The notes under the pieces were generated by a model. It did no database searches, was not told the origin of the DNA, and worked only from the letters and a program-made list of their open reading frames with translations. From an uncultured Gemmatimonadales bacterium (GTDB taxonomy: Bacteria; Gemmatimonadota; Gemmatimonadetes; Gemmatimonadales; GWC2-71-9), in NCBI GenBank assembly GCA_963771275.1, contig CAVYSW010000010.1, positions 384,001 to 448,000 on the forward strand: a stretch of 64,000 nt of DNA. The letters are read 5' to 3'. This document shows, piece by piece, positions 1 through 8,922 of the stretch. The first letter of the stretch is position 1. Each line of letters opens with the position of its first letter. The translations under genes and the position numbers were made by a program.

Positions 1-1264
1 CGACTTGGACGATCTTGAGACCGCCCAGCCCCGCGGCGATGACCAGGGTCTTGTCCCGGTAGGCGACGTGATTGACGGACTGCAGGCTGCCGAACTGCAG
101 TCGGCCGAGCATCGTGATCTGCTGGGTCGTCTCGCCGCTCGTGTCCTTGAAGTCCCTGCTCCCCTGCGCGACGTAGATGCCCGCCTCACCGTTCGAGATG
201 AAGAGCAGGTCTTCGTCGGCCGCGGCGGCATTCGTTACCACCACAGAGGGATCCAGGCCCAGCGCGGCGGGATCGGGCCGCGCCACGGACCCGACCACCA
301 TCCCCGTGCTCAGGCTCAGCACCTGCACGCCGCCCGTGCCGGCGGCGATGAAGGCCTTTCCGCCTACCAGGTCGACGGTGGACTTGGACTCGGGAATGTC
401 GGCGCCGGTGAACGGGAACGTCCCGACGGGAGCCAGCGTCGTTTCGTCGAACACGGCGATCCGTCCCGGCGTTCCCTGGGCCACGACGACCTTGCCCCCA
501 TCCACGGCCACCCAGCGGGCGTCATGCAGGGCGAGCGTATCGACCGTGGCCTGCGGGTACACGTCGAACGCGAACAATGCCCCGCCGTCTCCCGACGTCG
601 CGTACGCGCGCTGACGTGATACCACCACGCTGGTTCCCGCGTAACTCGTCAACGGCAGGCGCCAGGAGTCGTTCAATACCAGGTAGGGTCCCAGGAGCAA
701 CATGACCTCGACCGCCGCCGGCGACGCGAACCCGCTGTCGCCGGTCGCCTCCGCCGCCACCACGAGCCCGCCGTACGTCGACACGGAGTTGACGTCGGTG
801 TTGCGGAACAGGGCCTCCGAGCGCAGCACCGGCCGGTTCTTGTTGGAAATGTCGAACACGTCGATGGCCCCGAGGTACGGCTCCCCGCGCATGTTGTAGC
901 TCACCACAGCCTTGTCTCCCACGATCGCGACGGACGTGGCCTGGAGGACCTGGCCGTCGATCGAGGGGGGGGCGACCTCCGCCCGGAGCATGAGCTTGAA
1001 GGCGCCGGCGACGCCCGCGGGTGACTGGACGCTCAGCGACGGACCCGACGCAGCGAGGGTCGGGTAGCCCACGCCACTGCTGACGATGGGAACGGGAACG
1101 TCGGTCGCGTAATATGTCACGCGAGCGGCGAGCGCCGCCGCGTCGTTGACGATCGCGATGCGGTCGTTTGACTGATCCGCAGGCGGGGCCATCGCGTCCC
1201 CGCAGCCGGCATGGACAAGTGCAAGCATACCGGCAAACGGCAAGAGCATCCTGGTACGGGTCAT
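1..1264 (-). CDS. Secreted lipoprotein with LVIVD-like beta-propeller repeats (3' end runs off the window)
   Basis: Absent from the ORF track because there is no stop in the window. I translated both ends by hand. ATG at 1264 follows a GGGGAG SD and gives MTRTRMLLPFAGMLALVHAGC (lipobox-like). Repeats include AIVGDKAVVSY...GAIDVFDISNKNRPV, and the C-terminus is VNHVAYRDKTLVIAAGLGGLKIVQV. Confidence 0.7.
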   Translation of the reverse strand, partial: MTRTRMLLPFAGMLALVHAGCGDAMAPPADQSNDRIAIVNDAAALAARVTYYATDVPVPIVSSGVGYPTLAASGPSLSVQSPAGVAGAFKLMLRAEVAPPSIDGQVLQATSVAIVGDKAVVSYNMRGEPYLGAIDVFDISNKNRPVLRSEALFRNTDVNSVSTYGGLVVAAEATGDSGFASPAAVEVMLLLGPYLVLNDSWRLPLTSYAGTSVVVSRQRAYATSGDGGALFAFDVYPQATVDTLALHDARWVAVDGGKVVVAQGTPGRIAVFDETTLAPVGTFPFTGADIPESKSTVDLVGGKAFIAAGTGGVQVLSLSTGMVVGSVARPDPAALGLDPSVVVTNAAAADEDLLFISNGEAGIYVAQGSRDFKDTSGETTQQITMLGRLQFGSLQSVNHVAYRDKTLVIAAGLGGLKIVQV

Positions 1265-1366
1265 GACTGCACTCCCCCCACAGTCGGCTCCATTGGCCTC
1301 ACTTCAGCGCTGCCAGGGATTCTCCACCCGTGACATTCAGCAAGAGCCAAGCCCGTTGCTCGCCGT

Positions 1367-1382
1367 TGTGACCTTGGTCACG
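1367..1382. promoter_or_regulatory. CRP/FNR-family-like palindrome TGTGA-N6-TCACG
   Basis: TGTGACCTTGGTCACG lies in the intergenic region upstream of the minus-strand lipoprotein gene and matches TGTGA-N6-TCACA at 9 of 10 positions. Confidence 0.4.
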
Positions 1383-1460
1383 CACGCTGGCGAGGTGGCG
1401 GCCGACGTCTGGGCCGGCATGCGTACCGAACCGGTGGGAGGGGCCTGCAAGGGGAGCGCA

Positions 1461-2672
1461 TCATGCCGGGCGCGAACCCAGGCGGTTGGACAACCCTCCC
1501 GCCATCTCCGCGCTCGCCCGTCGCGCCGTCTCCGCGAGCACCGCCGCGCCGACGACGATCGCCCCGCCGTCCGGCAGGAAGCGGGACGTGTGGGCGGGAA
1601 TCGGCTCCTGGTCCGGGGCCCGGGCGCCGATCCGGACGAAGCAGCCGGGAATCCTCTCCATATAGAAGGCGAAATCCTCTCCGCCGAGATTGGGGGAGGG
1701 GAGCGGGGTGAGGGCGTCCGGCCCCAGCAGCTCGGTCACCGCCGCGCGGGCCCAGGCGATCGGCGCCGGCTCATTCACCAGGGGTGGCGTGCCGGCCTCG
1801 ATCGTGACGTCGGCCCGGACCCCGTGCGCCCGCGCGACCGATGCGGCGATCGCGCGGAGCTCGCGCTGCAGCGCCGTCCGCGTCTCGGGCCGGACGGCCC
1901 GCAGCGTCCCGCCGAGGGTCGCCCGCTCGGGAATCACGTTGCCGGCTGTGCCGGCGTGGATCGTCCCCACGGTGACGACCGCGGGCTCGCCCGGCGGCAG
2001 CCGCCGCGCCACGATCGTCTGGAGCGTGGCGACGATCGCCGCCGCGGCGACGATCGGGTCGCGCGCCTCGTGCGGCCGCGCGGCATGCGCGCCGTGCCCC
2101 ACGATCTCGATCGCGAACTGGTCGGTGGAGGCCGCGATCGGGCCGGCGTCCGCCACGACCCGCCCCACCGCGAACCGCATGTCCACGTGCCCACCCACGA
2201 TCGCGCGCACGCCGTCGAGCGCCCCGCTCTCGAGTACGGCGAGCGCGCCGCGCCCGATCTCCTCCGCCGGCTGCAGCACGATGAGCACGTCGCCGGCGGC
2301 CGGGGCCGCCGCGAGGAGCTGAGCCGCTCCCACCGCCCACGCGGCGTGGACGTCGTGCCCGCACGCGTGCATCACGCCCGCCGTGTCGGAGGCGAACGAC
2401 ACGCCGGTCGCCTCCGCGATCGGCAGCGCGTCGATGTCGCCCCGCAGGGCCACGGTGGGGGCCCCGCGGTCGCGGCCCGGCACCCGCGCCACGACGCCGG
2501 TCCCCGCCACGCGACGCACGTCGGGGGTCACGGCCCGCAGGGCCTGCTCGAGGCGGGCCGCGGTGCGCTCCTCCTGAAACGCCAGCTCGGGATGGCGGTG
2601 CAGGTCCTGCCGCAGCGCCAGCAGGGTCGCGCGCTGCTCCGCCGTGAACAGCCGCTCCGCCGGGTCGCTCAT
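1461..2672 (-). CDS. M20 family amidohydrolase (probable N-succinyl/N-acyl-L-amino acid desuccinylase)
   Basis: The likely start is MSDPAERLF (ATG 2672, overlapping the upstream stop). Motifs: LHRHPELAFQE, LRGDIDALPI, MHACGHDVH, QPAEE, GHGAHAARPH, GGEDF. Confidence 0.9.
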   Translation of the reverse strand: MSDPAERLFTAEQRATLLALRQDLHRHPELAFQEERTAARLEQALRAVTPDVRRVAGTGVVARVPGRDRGAPTVALRGDIDALPIAEATGVSFASDTAGVMHACGHDVHAAWAVGAAQLLAAAPAAGDVLIVLQPAEEIGRGALAVLESGALDGVRAIVGGHVDMRFAVGRVVADAGPIAASTDQFAIEIVGHGAHAARPHEARDPIVAAAAIVATLQTIVARRLPPGEPAVVTVGTIHAGTAGNVIPERATLGGTLRAVRPETRTALQRELRAIAASVARAHGVRADVTIEAGTPPLVNEPAPIAWARAAVTELLGPDALTPLPSPNLGGEDFAFYMERIPGCFVRIGARAPDQEPIPAHTSRFLPDGGAIVVGAAVLAETARRASAEMAGGLSNRLGSRPA

Positions 2673-3793
2673 GCGTCGATCTCCTCGACCCGGGTCGTCA
2701 GGTCGTCCACGCGGTCGCGGTCCACCGTGACGCCAAGCCCCACGCGGCTCCGCGGCACGGACACCAGGCCGTCGGCGCTCATCGTCCATTCCGGCGTCAC
2801 GATGTCGCGTTCCCAGTAGCGCGCGCTCGGGCTCAGATCGCCCGCCAGCGAGAAGTTGGTGAGCGAGGCGAGCGCCACGTTGTGCGCCCGCCCGATGCCG
2901 CTCTCGAGCATGCCGCCGCACCATACCGGAATGCCGTGCGCGGCGCATACGTCGTGGATCTCCCGGGCCGCGAGGAAGCCGCCGACCCGCCCCGGCTTGA
3001 TGTTCACGATGCGGGCGCTGCCCCACGCCACCGCGTCCTCCGCCCGGGCCGGCGACGTGATCGACTCGTCGAGGCAGATCGGCGTCCGCAGGCGGCGCTG
3101 CAGCTCGGCGTGCCGCCGGAGGTCGTCCGGCTCGAACGGCTGCTCGATCATCACCAGTCCGAACGCGTCGAGCCGCGCCAGATGATCGGTGTCGGCGGGC
3201 GCGTAGGCGGCGTTCGCGTCCACCGACAGCGGCAGGTCGGCGCCCACCGTTTGCCGCACGGCGGCCACGTATTCGACGTCGGCGCCCGGCATGATCTTGA
3301 GCTTGACGCGGCGGTACCCCTGGTTCCGCGCCGCCACGGCTTTCGCCGCGAGCGCCGCGGGCGAGGGCTGGATGCCGAGCGAGATGCCGACCGGAATCTC
3401 GCCGCGCGCGCCGCCCAGCAGCGTCGCGAGCGACAGATCCCGCTGCTCGGCCTCGAGCGCCCACATCGGCATCTCGATCGCCGCCTTTGCCATGCGATGG
3501 CCGCGCACGCCGGGCTCGAGCGCCGCGCGCACCTCCGCGGCGGTCGCGAACGGCCGGTGCAGCACCACCGGGGCGAGCCAGCAGCGGATGGCGAGCCGGC
3601 AGGTCTCGATCGTCTCGGGTGAGTAGTTCGGCGCGTCGTCGGCCACGCACTCGCCCCACGCCGTGGTGCCGTCGGCGTCGTGCAGCTCGACCAGCAGGAT
3701 GTGCCGATCGGTGGTCACCCCGGACGAGATGCGGAACGGCTCCGTGAGCGGGAGCCGGATATCCCTGAGCGTGACGCGGCGGACGGCGAGCAT
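2669..3793 (-). CDS. menC: o-succinylbenzoate synthase / N-succinylamino acid racemase (enolase superfamily)
   Basis: Starts MLAVRRVTLRDIRL at 3793. Motifs: KLK, DANAAY, EQPF, LDESI, NIKPGRVGG, WCGGMLESGIGRAHN, GDLSPSARYWERD. Confidence 0.9.
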   Translation of the reverse strand: MLAVRRVTLRDIRLPLTEPFRISSGVTTDRHILLVELHDADGTTAWGECVADDAPNYSPETIETCRLAIRCWLAPVVLHRPFATAAEVRAALEPGVRGHRMAKAAIEMPMWALEAEQRDLSLATLLGGARGEIPVGISLGIQPSPAALAAKAVAARNQGYRRVKLKIMPGADVEYVAAVRQTVGADLPLSVDANAAYAPADTDHLARLDAFGLVMIEQPFEPDDLRRHAELQRRLRTPICLDESITSPARAEDAVAWGSARIVNIKPGRVGGFLAAREIHDVCAAHGIPVWCGGMLESGIGRAHNVALASLTNFSLAGDLSPSARYWERDIVTPEWTMSADGLVSVPRSRVGLGVTVDRDRVDDLTTRVEEIDA

Positions 3794-4590
3794 CAGGGGG
3801 CACGCTCGAGCACGTAGTGGGCGTTCCCGGGGGTGGCCGCGGGCGCGACGCCCGTCACGCGGTAGCCCGCCGCGAGGTAGTGCTCGAACGCCCGGCGCGT
3901 CGATTGCCGCCAGGCGAGCGCGCCGCTCGAATCGGCGTGCTTCAGCGCCTGGATGTCGGACGGGATCGCAACCAGTACCGTCGACGCATCGGGGAAAGCG
4001 TCGTGTGTCGAGGCGATGATCGGGTGGCCGGCCGCGACGGCCGGCGGCCGCGTTCGTGCTCCCGCAGGCGCCCGCAGGTCCCACCGCACCACGAACCGGT
4101 CGCTCCCGATCACGCTGTCCGTCCGGCTCAGCGGGTTGTCGCCGTACATGTCGCGCACGTACTCGACCACTCGTGCTCCGAGCCGCTGCAGGTTGAGGTG
4201 CGCGTTGCGCGCCACCAGGGGGTCGAACGTCCAGAACATCCGGGCGATCCCCATCGCCAGCACCTGCTCGCGCTGATACTCCTTGAGCCGGCGGCCGATG
4301 CCGTGGTCGCGGTGCGTCTCGGCCACCGCGAGCATATGGGACCAGTGTGCCAGCCCGGCCTCCGCGAGCCCGGTGATCCCGAAGACGAACCCGACGAGGT
4401 GATCTCCCGCGAACGCCCCCGCTGCGACCCCGCCCATCTTCTGCACGACCTGCAGCAGCGCCGGCGCCACCAGTTCGCGGAAGTCGTCACCCCAGGTCGC
4501 CCGCTGCAGCGTGGCGCACGCCTCGTAGTCGGCGTGCGCGGTGAACGGACGGATCACGGGCGGCGCTGCGCGCGTGGAATCGGGTGGCAC
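3793..4590 (-). CDS. GNAT family acyltransferase (probable D-amino acid N-succinyltransferase)
   Basis: GTG at 4590 follows GGAG (alternative GTG 4557). Motifs: GGVAAGAF...LVGFVFG, HWSHMLAV...RDHGIGRRLK, WTFDPLVARNAHLNLQRLGA, SDRFVVRW, WRQSTRRAF. The stop overlaps the menC start. Confidence 0.85.
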   Translation of the reverse strand: MPPDSTRAAPPVIRPFTAHADYEACATLQRATWGDDFRELVAPALLQVVQKMGGVAAGAFAGDHLVGFVFGITGLAEAGLAHWSHMLAVAETHRDHGIGRRLKEYQREQVLAMGIARMFWTFDPLVARNAHLNLQRLGARVVEYVRDMYGDNPLSRTDSVIGSDRFVVRWDLRAPAGARTRPPAVAAGHPIIASTHDAFPDASTVLVAIPSDIQALKHADSSGALAWRQSTRRAFEHYLAAGYRVTGVAPAATPGNAHYVLERAP

Positions 4591-4777
4591 CGGATCTCCG
4601 GCTCGGACGCCGGGAATATACGACCCGTGGCGGAGGGTGGCACGCCACCGCGCGTGCGGCAACGTGGGTGTCCTCCGCATGTTCCGCCGTGCACGGGAGC
4701 ACCATGCACCGAATCGGTGACACGCGGGCACTAGATTCCTCGGTCGACCCGGGAAACGGACAGCCTGGAGGCAAACG

Positions 4778-5530
4778 ATGTCACGCGTACGCGCATGCGC
4801 AGGGATCATCCTCGCTGCACTCTTGCCGCAGGCGCTGCCGGCCCAGACGACCGTCACCGTCCGGGTGGTGGCGCACGACGCCAAGATCATCGGGTCCGCC
4901 GTGGGTGGTGCCACGGTCATCATCCGCAACGCGGTGACCGGTGAGGTGTTGGCGCAGGGCGCGCAGCAGGGAAGCACCGGCGACACGCGGCGCATCGTGG
5001 AGGAGCCGCGGGCGCGGGGCGCGACGGTGTTCGACACCCAGGGGGCCGCCGGCTTCACGGCGACGGTGGCGCTCGACACGCCCACCGTGGTCGAGGTGGT
5101 CGCGGAGGGACCGCGCGACTACCCGCAGGCCATGCAGCGCGCCTCGACCACGCTGCTGCTCATCCCGGGCCGGGACGTGACCGGCGACGGGATCGTCCTC
5201 GAGCTGCACGGGTTCATCGTCGAGCTGCTCGAGCCGCGGGAGGCCCGCGCGGCCGACAGCCTCCCGGTCCGCGCGCGCATCCGCATGATGTGCGGCTGTT
5301 CCTTCACCGCGGGGGGCCTGTGGGATGCCGCCCGGATGACGGTCGTCGCTCGGGTCTACGATGGCGCCACCCTGGTGCGTGAGGCGCCGCTCGCCTTCAC
5401 CGGCGAGGAGAATGTCTGGGCCGGGACGCTGCCAGCGGCGGGCCTGCCCACCGGAGCCCGCCTCGTCGTGATCGCCGAGGATGCCGGGCGCGCGAACTTC
5501 GGGCGGAGCGACGAGCGGGTGGTGTTCTAG
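4778..5530 (+). CDS. Secreted conserved hypothetical protein
   Basis: GGAGG SD and a signal peptide (ending ALPA-Q). Contains VRVVAHDAKIIGSAVGGA and MMCGCSFTAGGLWD, and is beta-rich. Confidence 0.75.
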   Translation: MSRVRACAGIILAALLPQALPAQTTVTVRVVAHDAKIIGSAVGGATVIIRNAVTGEVLAQGAQQGSTGDTRRIVEEPRARGATVFDTQGAAGFTATVALDTPTVVEVVAEGPRDYPQAMQRASTTLLLIPGRDVTGDGIVLELHGFIVELLEPREARAADSLPVRARIRMMCGCSFTAGGLWDAARMTVVARVYDGATLVREAPLAFTGEENVWAGTLPAAGLPTGARLVVIAEDAGRANFGRSDERVVF

Positions 5531-5601
5531 CCGGATTGCCTGCGGCGGCACGCGAGACGGGCCCGTGGTTCCGGGACACGGCGCTCCGGGAATGCGGTGC
5601 G

Positions 5602-6552
5602 TTACTGGCAGGCCGGCTTCCCGGCGTACGGGCCCGCCATCGCCCGGCTCACGACGCGCACCTGGTGGACGACGTCCCAGGGGACGCTCCCCCGGCGGGC
5701 GACCGCGACGAATCGCTGGTCGCTGCGCGTGACGTAGCCGAGCACCTGGGGGGCGAGCTCCATCTCCACGTCGTAGCAGCCGTTGGGTGGGCGTACGGCC
5801 GTGACGAGCACGCGGCGCGGGAGCGCGGCGAGCGTCGGGTAGGCGATGTAGTTGCCGACGATCTGACCGCTGAGCGACGGTACGTCGTGCTGCTGCACCT
5901 CGCCGAGCAGCGCGAGATGGCCCCGCGCCCGCGTTTCGTCGAGCCCGACACGCGCGCCGTTCCAGGCGCGCTCGGGCGTGGTGAGCGTGATCGCGTACAC
6001 GATGCCGTTGAGCACGTCCACCACGGCGCCGCGCCCATAGTCATAGCGGGCGAGCGTGGGGCTGTCCGGGTTGACTTGGGGCGGCACGGCTCCCAGCAGC
6101 GCGATGACCCCCGCGACCGCCACGTTGGGCTGCGCGGGGAAGGGCAGCGCGTCGCCCGCGATGTGCGCCGGGATTGCCTGCTGCTCGAACGCGGGGCGCG
6201 ACACCGACCAGAGGATCACCACGCCGGCGAGGCCCAGGCCCAGCGCGGAGACGATCACCGCGTTCGCCCGGACGAACCGGAGCAGCTTCTCCCAGGCGGC
6301 CGGCTCCGGAGTCCGCACGCGCGGCGGCCGGGTGACCGAACCGCCCCACGGGTCGAGGACGGTCGTGACCGGCTCGTCGGCCGCGGGGGGCGGCAGGATC
6401 TCGACCCGCGGCACGCCCTGCGACGCCCGAGCGAGGTCGCGCATCATCGTCGCCTGCTCGCCGCCAAGTCGTTCCTGATGGCACGCCGGACAGCCGCGGG
6501 GGTTTTCGTCGTTGTAGGGAACGTTGTGCTTCGGACAGCGGACGAGGGCCAT
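5602..6552 (-). CDS. Hypothetical bitopic membrane protein with an N-terminal Zn-ribbon-like motif
   Basis: CPKH-x11-CPAC at the N-terminus, a Pro-rich linker, one TM segment (AVIVSALGLGLAGVVILW) and a C-terminal domain. It starts 14 bp after the dcd stop. Confidence 0.7.
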   Translation of the reverse strand: MALVRCPKHNVPYNDENPRGCPACHQERLGGEQATMMRDLARASQGVPRVEILPPPAADEPVTTVLDPWGGSVTRPPRVRTPEPAAWEKLLRFVRANAVIVSALGLGLAGVVILWSVSRPAFEQQAIPAHIAGDALPFPAQPNVAVAGVIALLGAVPPQVNPDSPTLARYDYGRGAVVDVLNGIVYAITLTTPERAWNGARVGLDETRARGHLALLGEVQQHDVPSLSGQIVGNYIAYPTLAALPRRVLVTAVRPPNGCYDVEMELAPQVLGYVTRSDQRFVAVARRGSVPWDVVHQVRVVSRAMAGPYAGKPACQ

Positions 6553-6566
6553 GGCCGGCGCGGTCG

Positions 6567-7127
6567 TCAGATCTTCGGCAGGGTCACGCCCCGCTGCGCC
6601 TGATACTTGCCCTTCTTGTCCGCGTACGAGACCGCGCAGACGTCGTCCTCATCGGCCTCGAAGAACAGCACCTGCGCGATCCCCTCGTTGGCGTAGATCT
6701 TGGCCGGGAGCGGCGTTGTGTTGGAGATCTCGAGCGTCACGTGGCCCTCCCACTCGGGCTCGAACGGCGTGACGTTGGTGATGATCCCGCAGCGCGCGTA
6801 CGTGCTCTTCCCCACGCACAGCGTCAACACGTGGCGCGGGATCCGGAAATACTCGACCGAGCGGGCCAGCGCAAACGAATTGGGCGGAACGATGCACACG
6901 GTACCATGGTACTCCACAAGCGAGCGCGGGTCGAAGTGCTTCGGGTCCACGACCGTCGAGTGCACGTTGGTGAAGATACGGAACTCATCCGCGACCCGCA
7001 TGTCGTACCCGTAGGACGACAGGCCGTAACTGACGGCGCCGGCCCGCACCTGCTGCTCTTCGAACGGCTCGATCATGCCGTGCTCACGCGCCATGCGACG
7101 GATCCAGCGGTCGGACTTGATGGCCAT
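6567..7127 (-). CDS. dcd: dCTP deaminase
   Basis: [52 protein letters not shown]. Confidence 0.97.
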   Translation of the reverse strand: MAIKSDRWIRRMAREHGMIEPFEEQQVRAGAVSYGLSSYGYDMRVADEFRIFTNVHSTVVDPKHFDPRSLVEYHGTVCIVPPNSFALARSVEYFRIPRHVLTLCVGKSTYARCGIITNVTPFEPEWEGHVTLEISNTTPLPAKIYANEGIAQVLFFEADEDDVCAVSYADKKGKYQAQRGVTLPKI

Positions 7128-7225
7128 GGAACGGTTCGCCGAGTTCCTGAAGTTGGCGTGAAGGTCACATGAGGACGCGTTGGCGAAAGATATGCGGCGT
7201 ACGCCGTTACGCCACTTCATTTTGC

Positions 7226-7255
7226 TTGACACGTCGCTGAAAGGCTAGGTAACTT
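7226..7255 (+). promoter_or_regulatory. sigma70-type promoter for the nuo operon
   Basis: TTGACA (7226-7231), an 18-nt spacer, then TAACTT (7250-7255), upstream of nuoA. Confidence 0.6.
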
Positions 7256-7268
7256 GCGACCTCTGAGC

Positions 7269-7293
7269 AAGTGAATTTTTTCACGAAATTCAC
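7269..7293. promoter_or_regulatory. Rex-operator-like palindrome
   Basis: AAGTGAATTTTTTCACGA compared with the Rex consensus TTGTGAA-N4-TTCACAA. It is nested in GTGAATTT-N7-AAATTCAC and sits between the promoter and nuoA. Confidence 0.55.
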
Positions 7294-7305
7294 GGGCCGA
7301 ATCCT

Positions 7306-7662
7306 ATGATCCGCGAGTACGTGCCGCTCCTGATGCTCCTGGTCCTGGTGACCGGGGCGGGGATCGCCTTCATCGGCGCGTCGCTGTGGCTGTCCAACCG
7401 GCGTCCCACGCCGATCAAGGGCGTGCCATACGAGTCCGGCATGCCGCCCCTCGGCAGCGCGCGGGAACGCTTCTCAGTCAAGTTCTACCTCGTGGCGATG
7501 CTGTTCATCGTCTTCGATCTGGAGACGGTGTTCATGATCCCGTGGGCTCAGGCCTTTCGACGCCTCGGCATGTTCGGCCTCGTGGAGATGGCCGTGTTCA
7601 TCCTGATCCTCGCGGTCGGCTACGTCTACGTCTGGAAGCGCGGAGCGTTCGAATGGGAGTGA
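7306..7662 (+). CDS. nuoA: NADH-quinone oxidoreductase subunit A
   Basis: [34 protein letters not shown]. Confidence 0.97.
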   Translation: MIREYVPLLMLLVLVTGAGIAFIGASLWLSNRRPTPIKGVPYESGMPPLGSARERFSVKFYLVAMLFIVFDLETVFMIPWAQAFRRLGMFGLVEMAVFILILAVGYVYVWKRGAFEWE

Positions 7663-8285
7663 TCACGCCGCCCGGCATGGGTGCGGGGGGGAAGCCGGGC
7701 GCGATCATCGCACCCGTTTCCCCCAGCTGGCTCACCACCCGTCTGGATTTCCTCGTCAACTGGGCGCGCTCCAACAGCATGTGGCCAATGCCGTTCGGCA
7801 CGGCGTGCTGCGCCATCGAATTCATGGCCACCGCCGCCTCGCGCTACGACATCGCGCGGTTCGGAATGGAGCGGCTCGGCTTCTCGCCGCGCCAGGCCGA
7901 TGTGCTGTTGTGCGCCGGTCGGCTGCCGTTCAAGCTCGCACCGGTGATCCGCCGGATCTACGACCAGATGCCGCAGCCCAAGTGGGTCATCTCGATGGGG
8001 GCGTGCGCGTCGACCGGCGGCATCTTCGACACCTACGCGATGGTGCAGGGCATCGACACGGTCGTGCCGGTGGACGTGTACGTCCCGGGCTGCCCGCCGC
8101 GCCCCGAGGGCCTGCTGTACGGGATCCTGCTGCTGCAGAAGAAGATCCGGGGCGAGACGCTGGCGGATCCCTCGATCCGCATCGAGCAGACGCTCGATGA
8201 GCGCGGGCTGCGGCTCCCGGCCGACCAGATCGACGAGCTGTCGGAGCCGTTCGGCAACTCGCTCCACCAGACCCGCTCCGCGTGA
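7653..8285 (+). CDS. nuoB: NADH-quinone oxidoreductase subunit B
   Basis: [38 protein letters not shown]. The start is ATG 7653 or GTG 7659. Confidence 0.97.
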   Translation: MGVITPPGMGAGGKPGAIIAPVSPSWLTTRLDFLVNWARSNSMWPMPFGTACCAIEFMATAASRYDIARFGMERLGFSPRQADVLLCAGRLPFKLAPVIRRIYDQMPQPKWVISMGACASTGGIFDTYAMVQGIDTVVPVDVYVPGCPPRPEGLLYGILLLQKKIRGETLADPSIRIEQTLDERGLRLPADQIDELSEPFGNSLHQTRSA

Positions 8286-8292
8286 GGGGCGC

Positions 8293-8922
8293 ATGAACCC
8301 GTCAGCGGAAGCCCTGAAGCGCCGATTCGGTCCCGCCGTCCGGCGCGTCGCGGAGTCGTGCGGCGACACGATCGTCACGATCGACCCGGCGAAGAACCGC
8401 GAAATCCTCACATGGCTCAAGACCGCGCCGGACCAGGCGTACAACTACCTCGTGGATGTGACCGCCGTCGAGTATCGCGACGCCGAGCTGCCGATCGAGG
8501 TCGTCTACGAGCTGTTCTCGCTCGACCGGCGGGTCCCGCTCCGCGTCAAGGCGCAGCTCGATAAGGCCGGCCCGCTCGAGGTCGACTCGATCGTGCCGCT
8601 CTGGGCCGCGGCCAACTGGCTGGAGCGCGAAGTCTACGACATGTTCGGCATCGCGTTCCGCGGCCATCCCGATCTGCGCCGCATCCTGATGTGGGAGACC
8701 TATGCGGAGGGCTATCCCCTCCGCAAGGACTTCCCGCTGCGCGGCCGGTTCTCCCGCTCCGAGCAGGTGCGGCAGGTCCTCACCGCCGAGCCCGAGGCGC
8801 ACTATTCGATGGAAGAGCTCGGCATCGCGGGTGCGTCCTACGACCTGCCGGCGGACATGCGCGAGCGGGTGGCGCGGAGCGATCGGGGCCCGATCCCGGC
8901 GCGGGAGGAGCGCCATGGCTGA
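8293..8922 (+). CDS. nuoC: NADH-quinone oxidoreductase subunit C
   Basis: ANWLEREVYDMFGIAFRGHPDLRRILM, YPLRKDFPL. Confidence 0.96.
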   Translation: MNPSAEALKRRFGPAVRRVAESCGDTIVTIDPAKNREILTWLKTAPDQAYNYLVDVTAVEYRDAELPIEVVYELFSLDRRVPLRVKAQLDKAGPLEVDSIVPLWAAANWLEREVYDMFGIAFRGHPDLRRILMWETYAEGYPLRKDFPLRGRFSRSEQVRQVLTAEPEAHYSMEELGIAGASYDLPADMRERVARSDRGPIPAREERHG

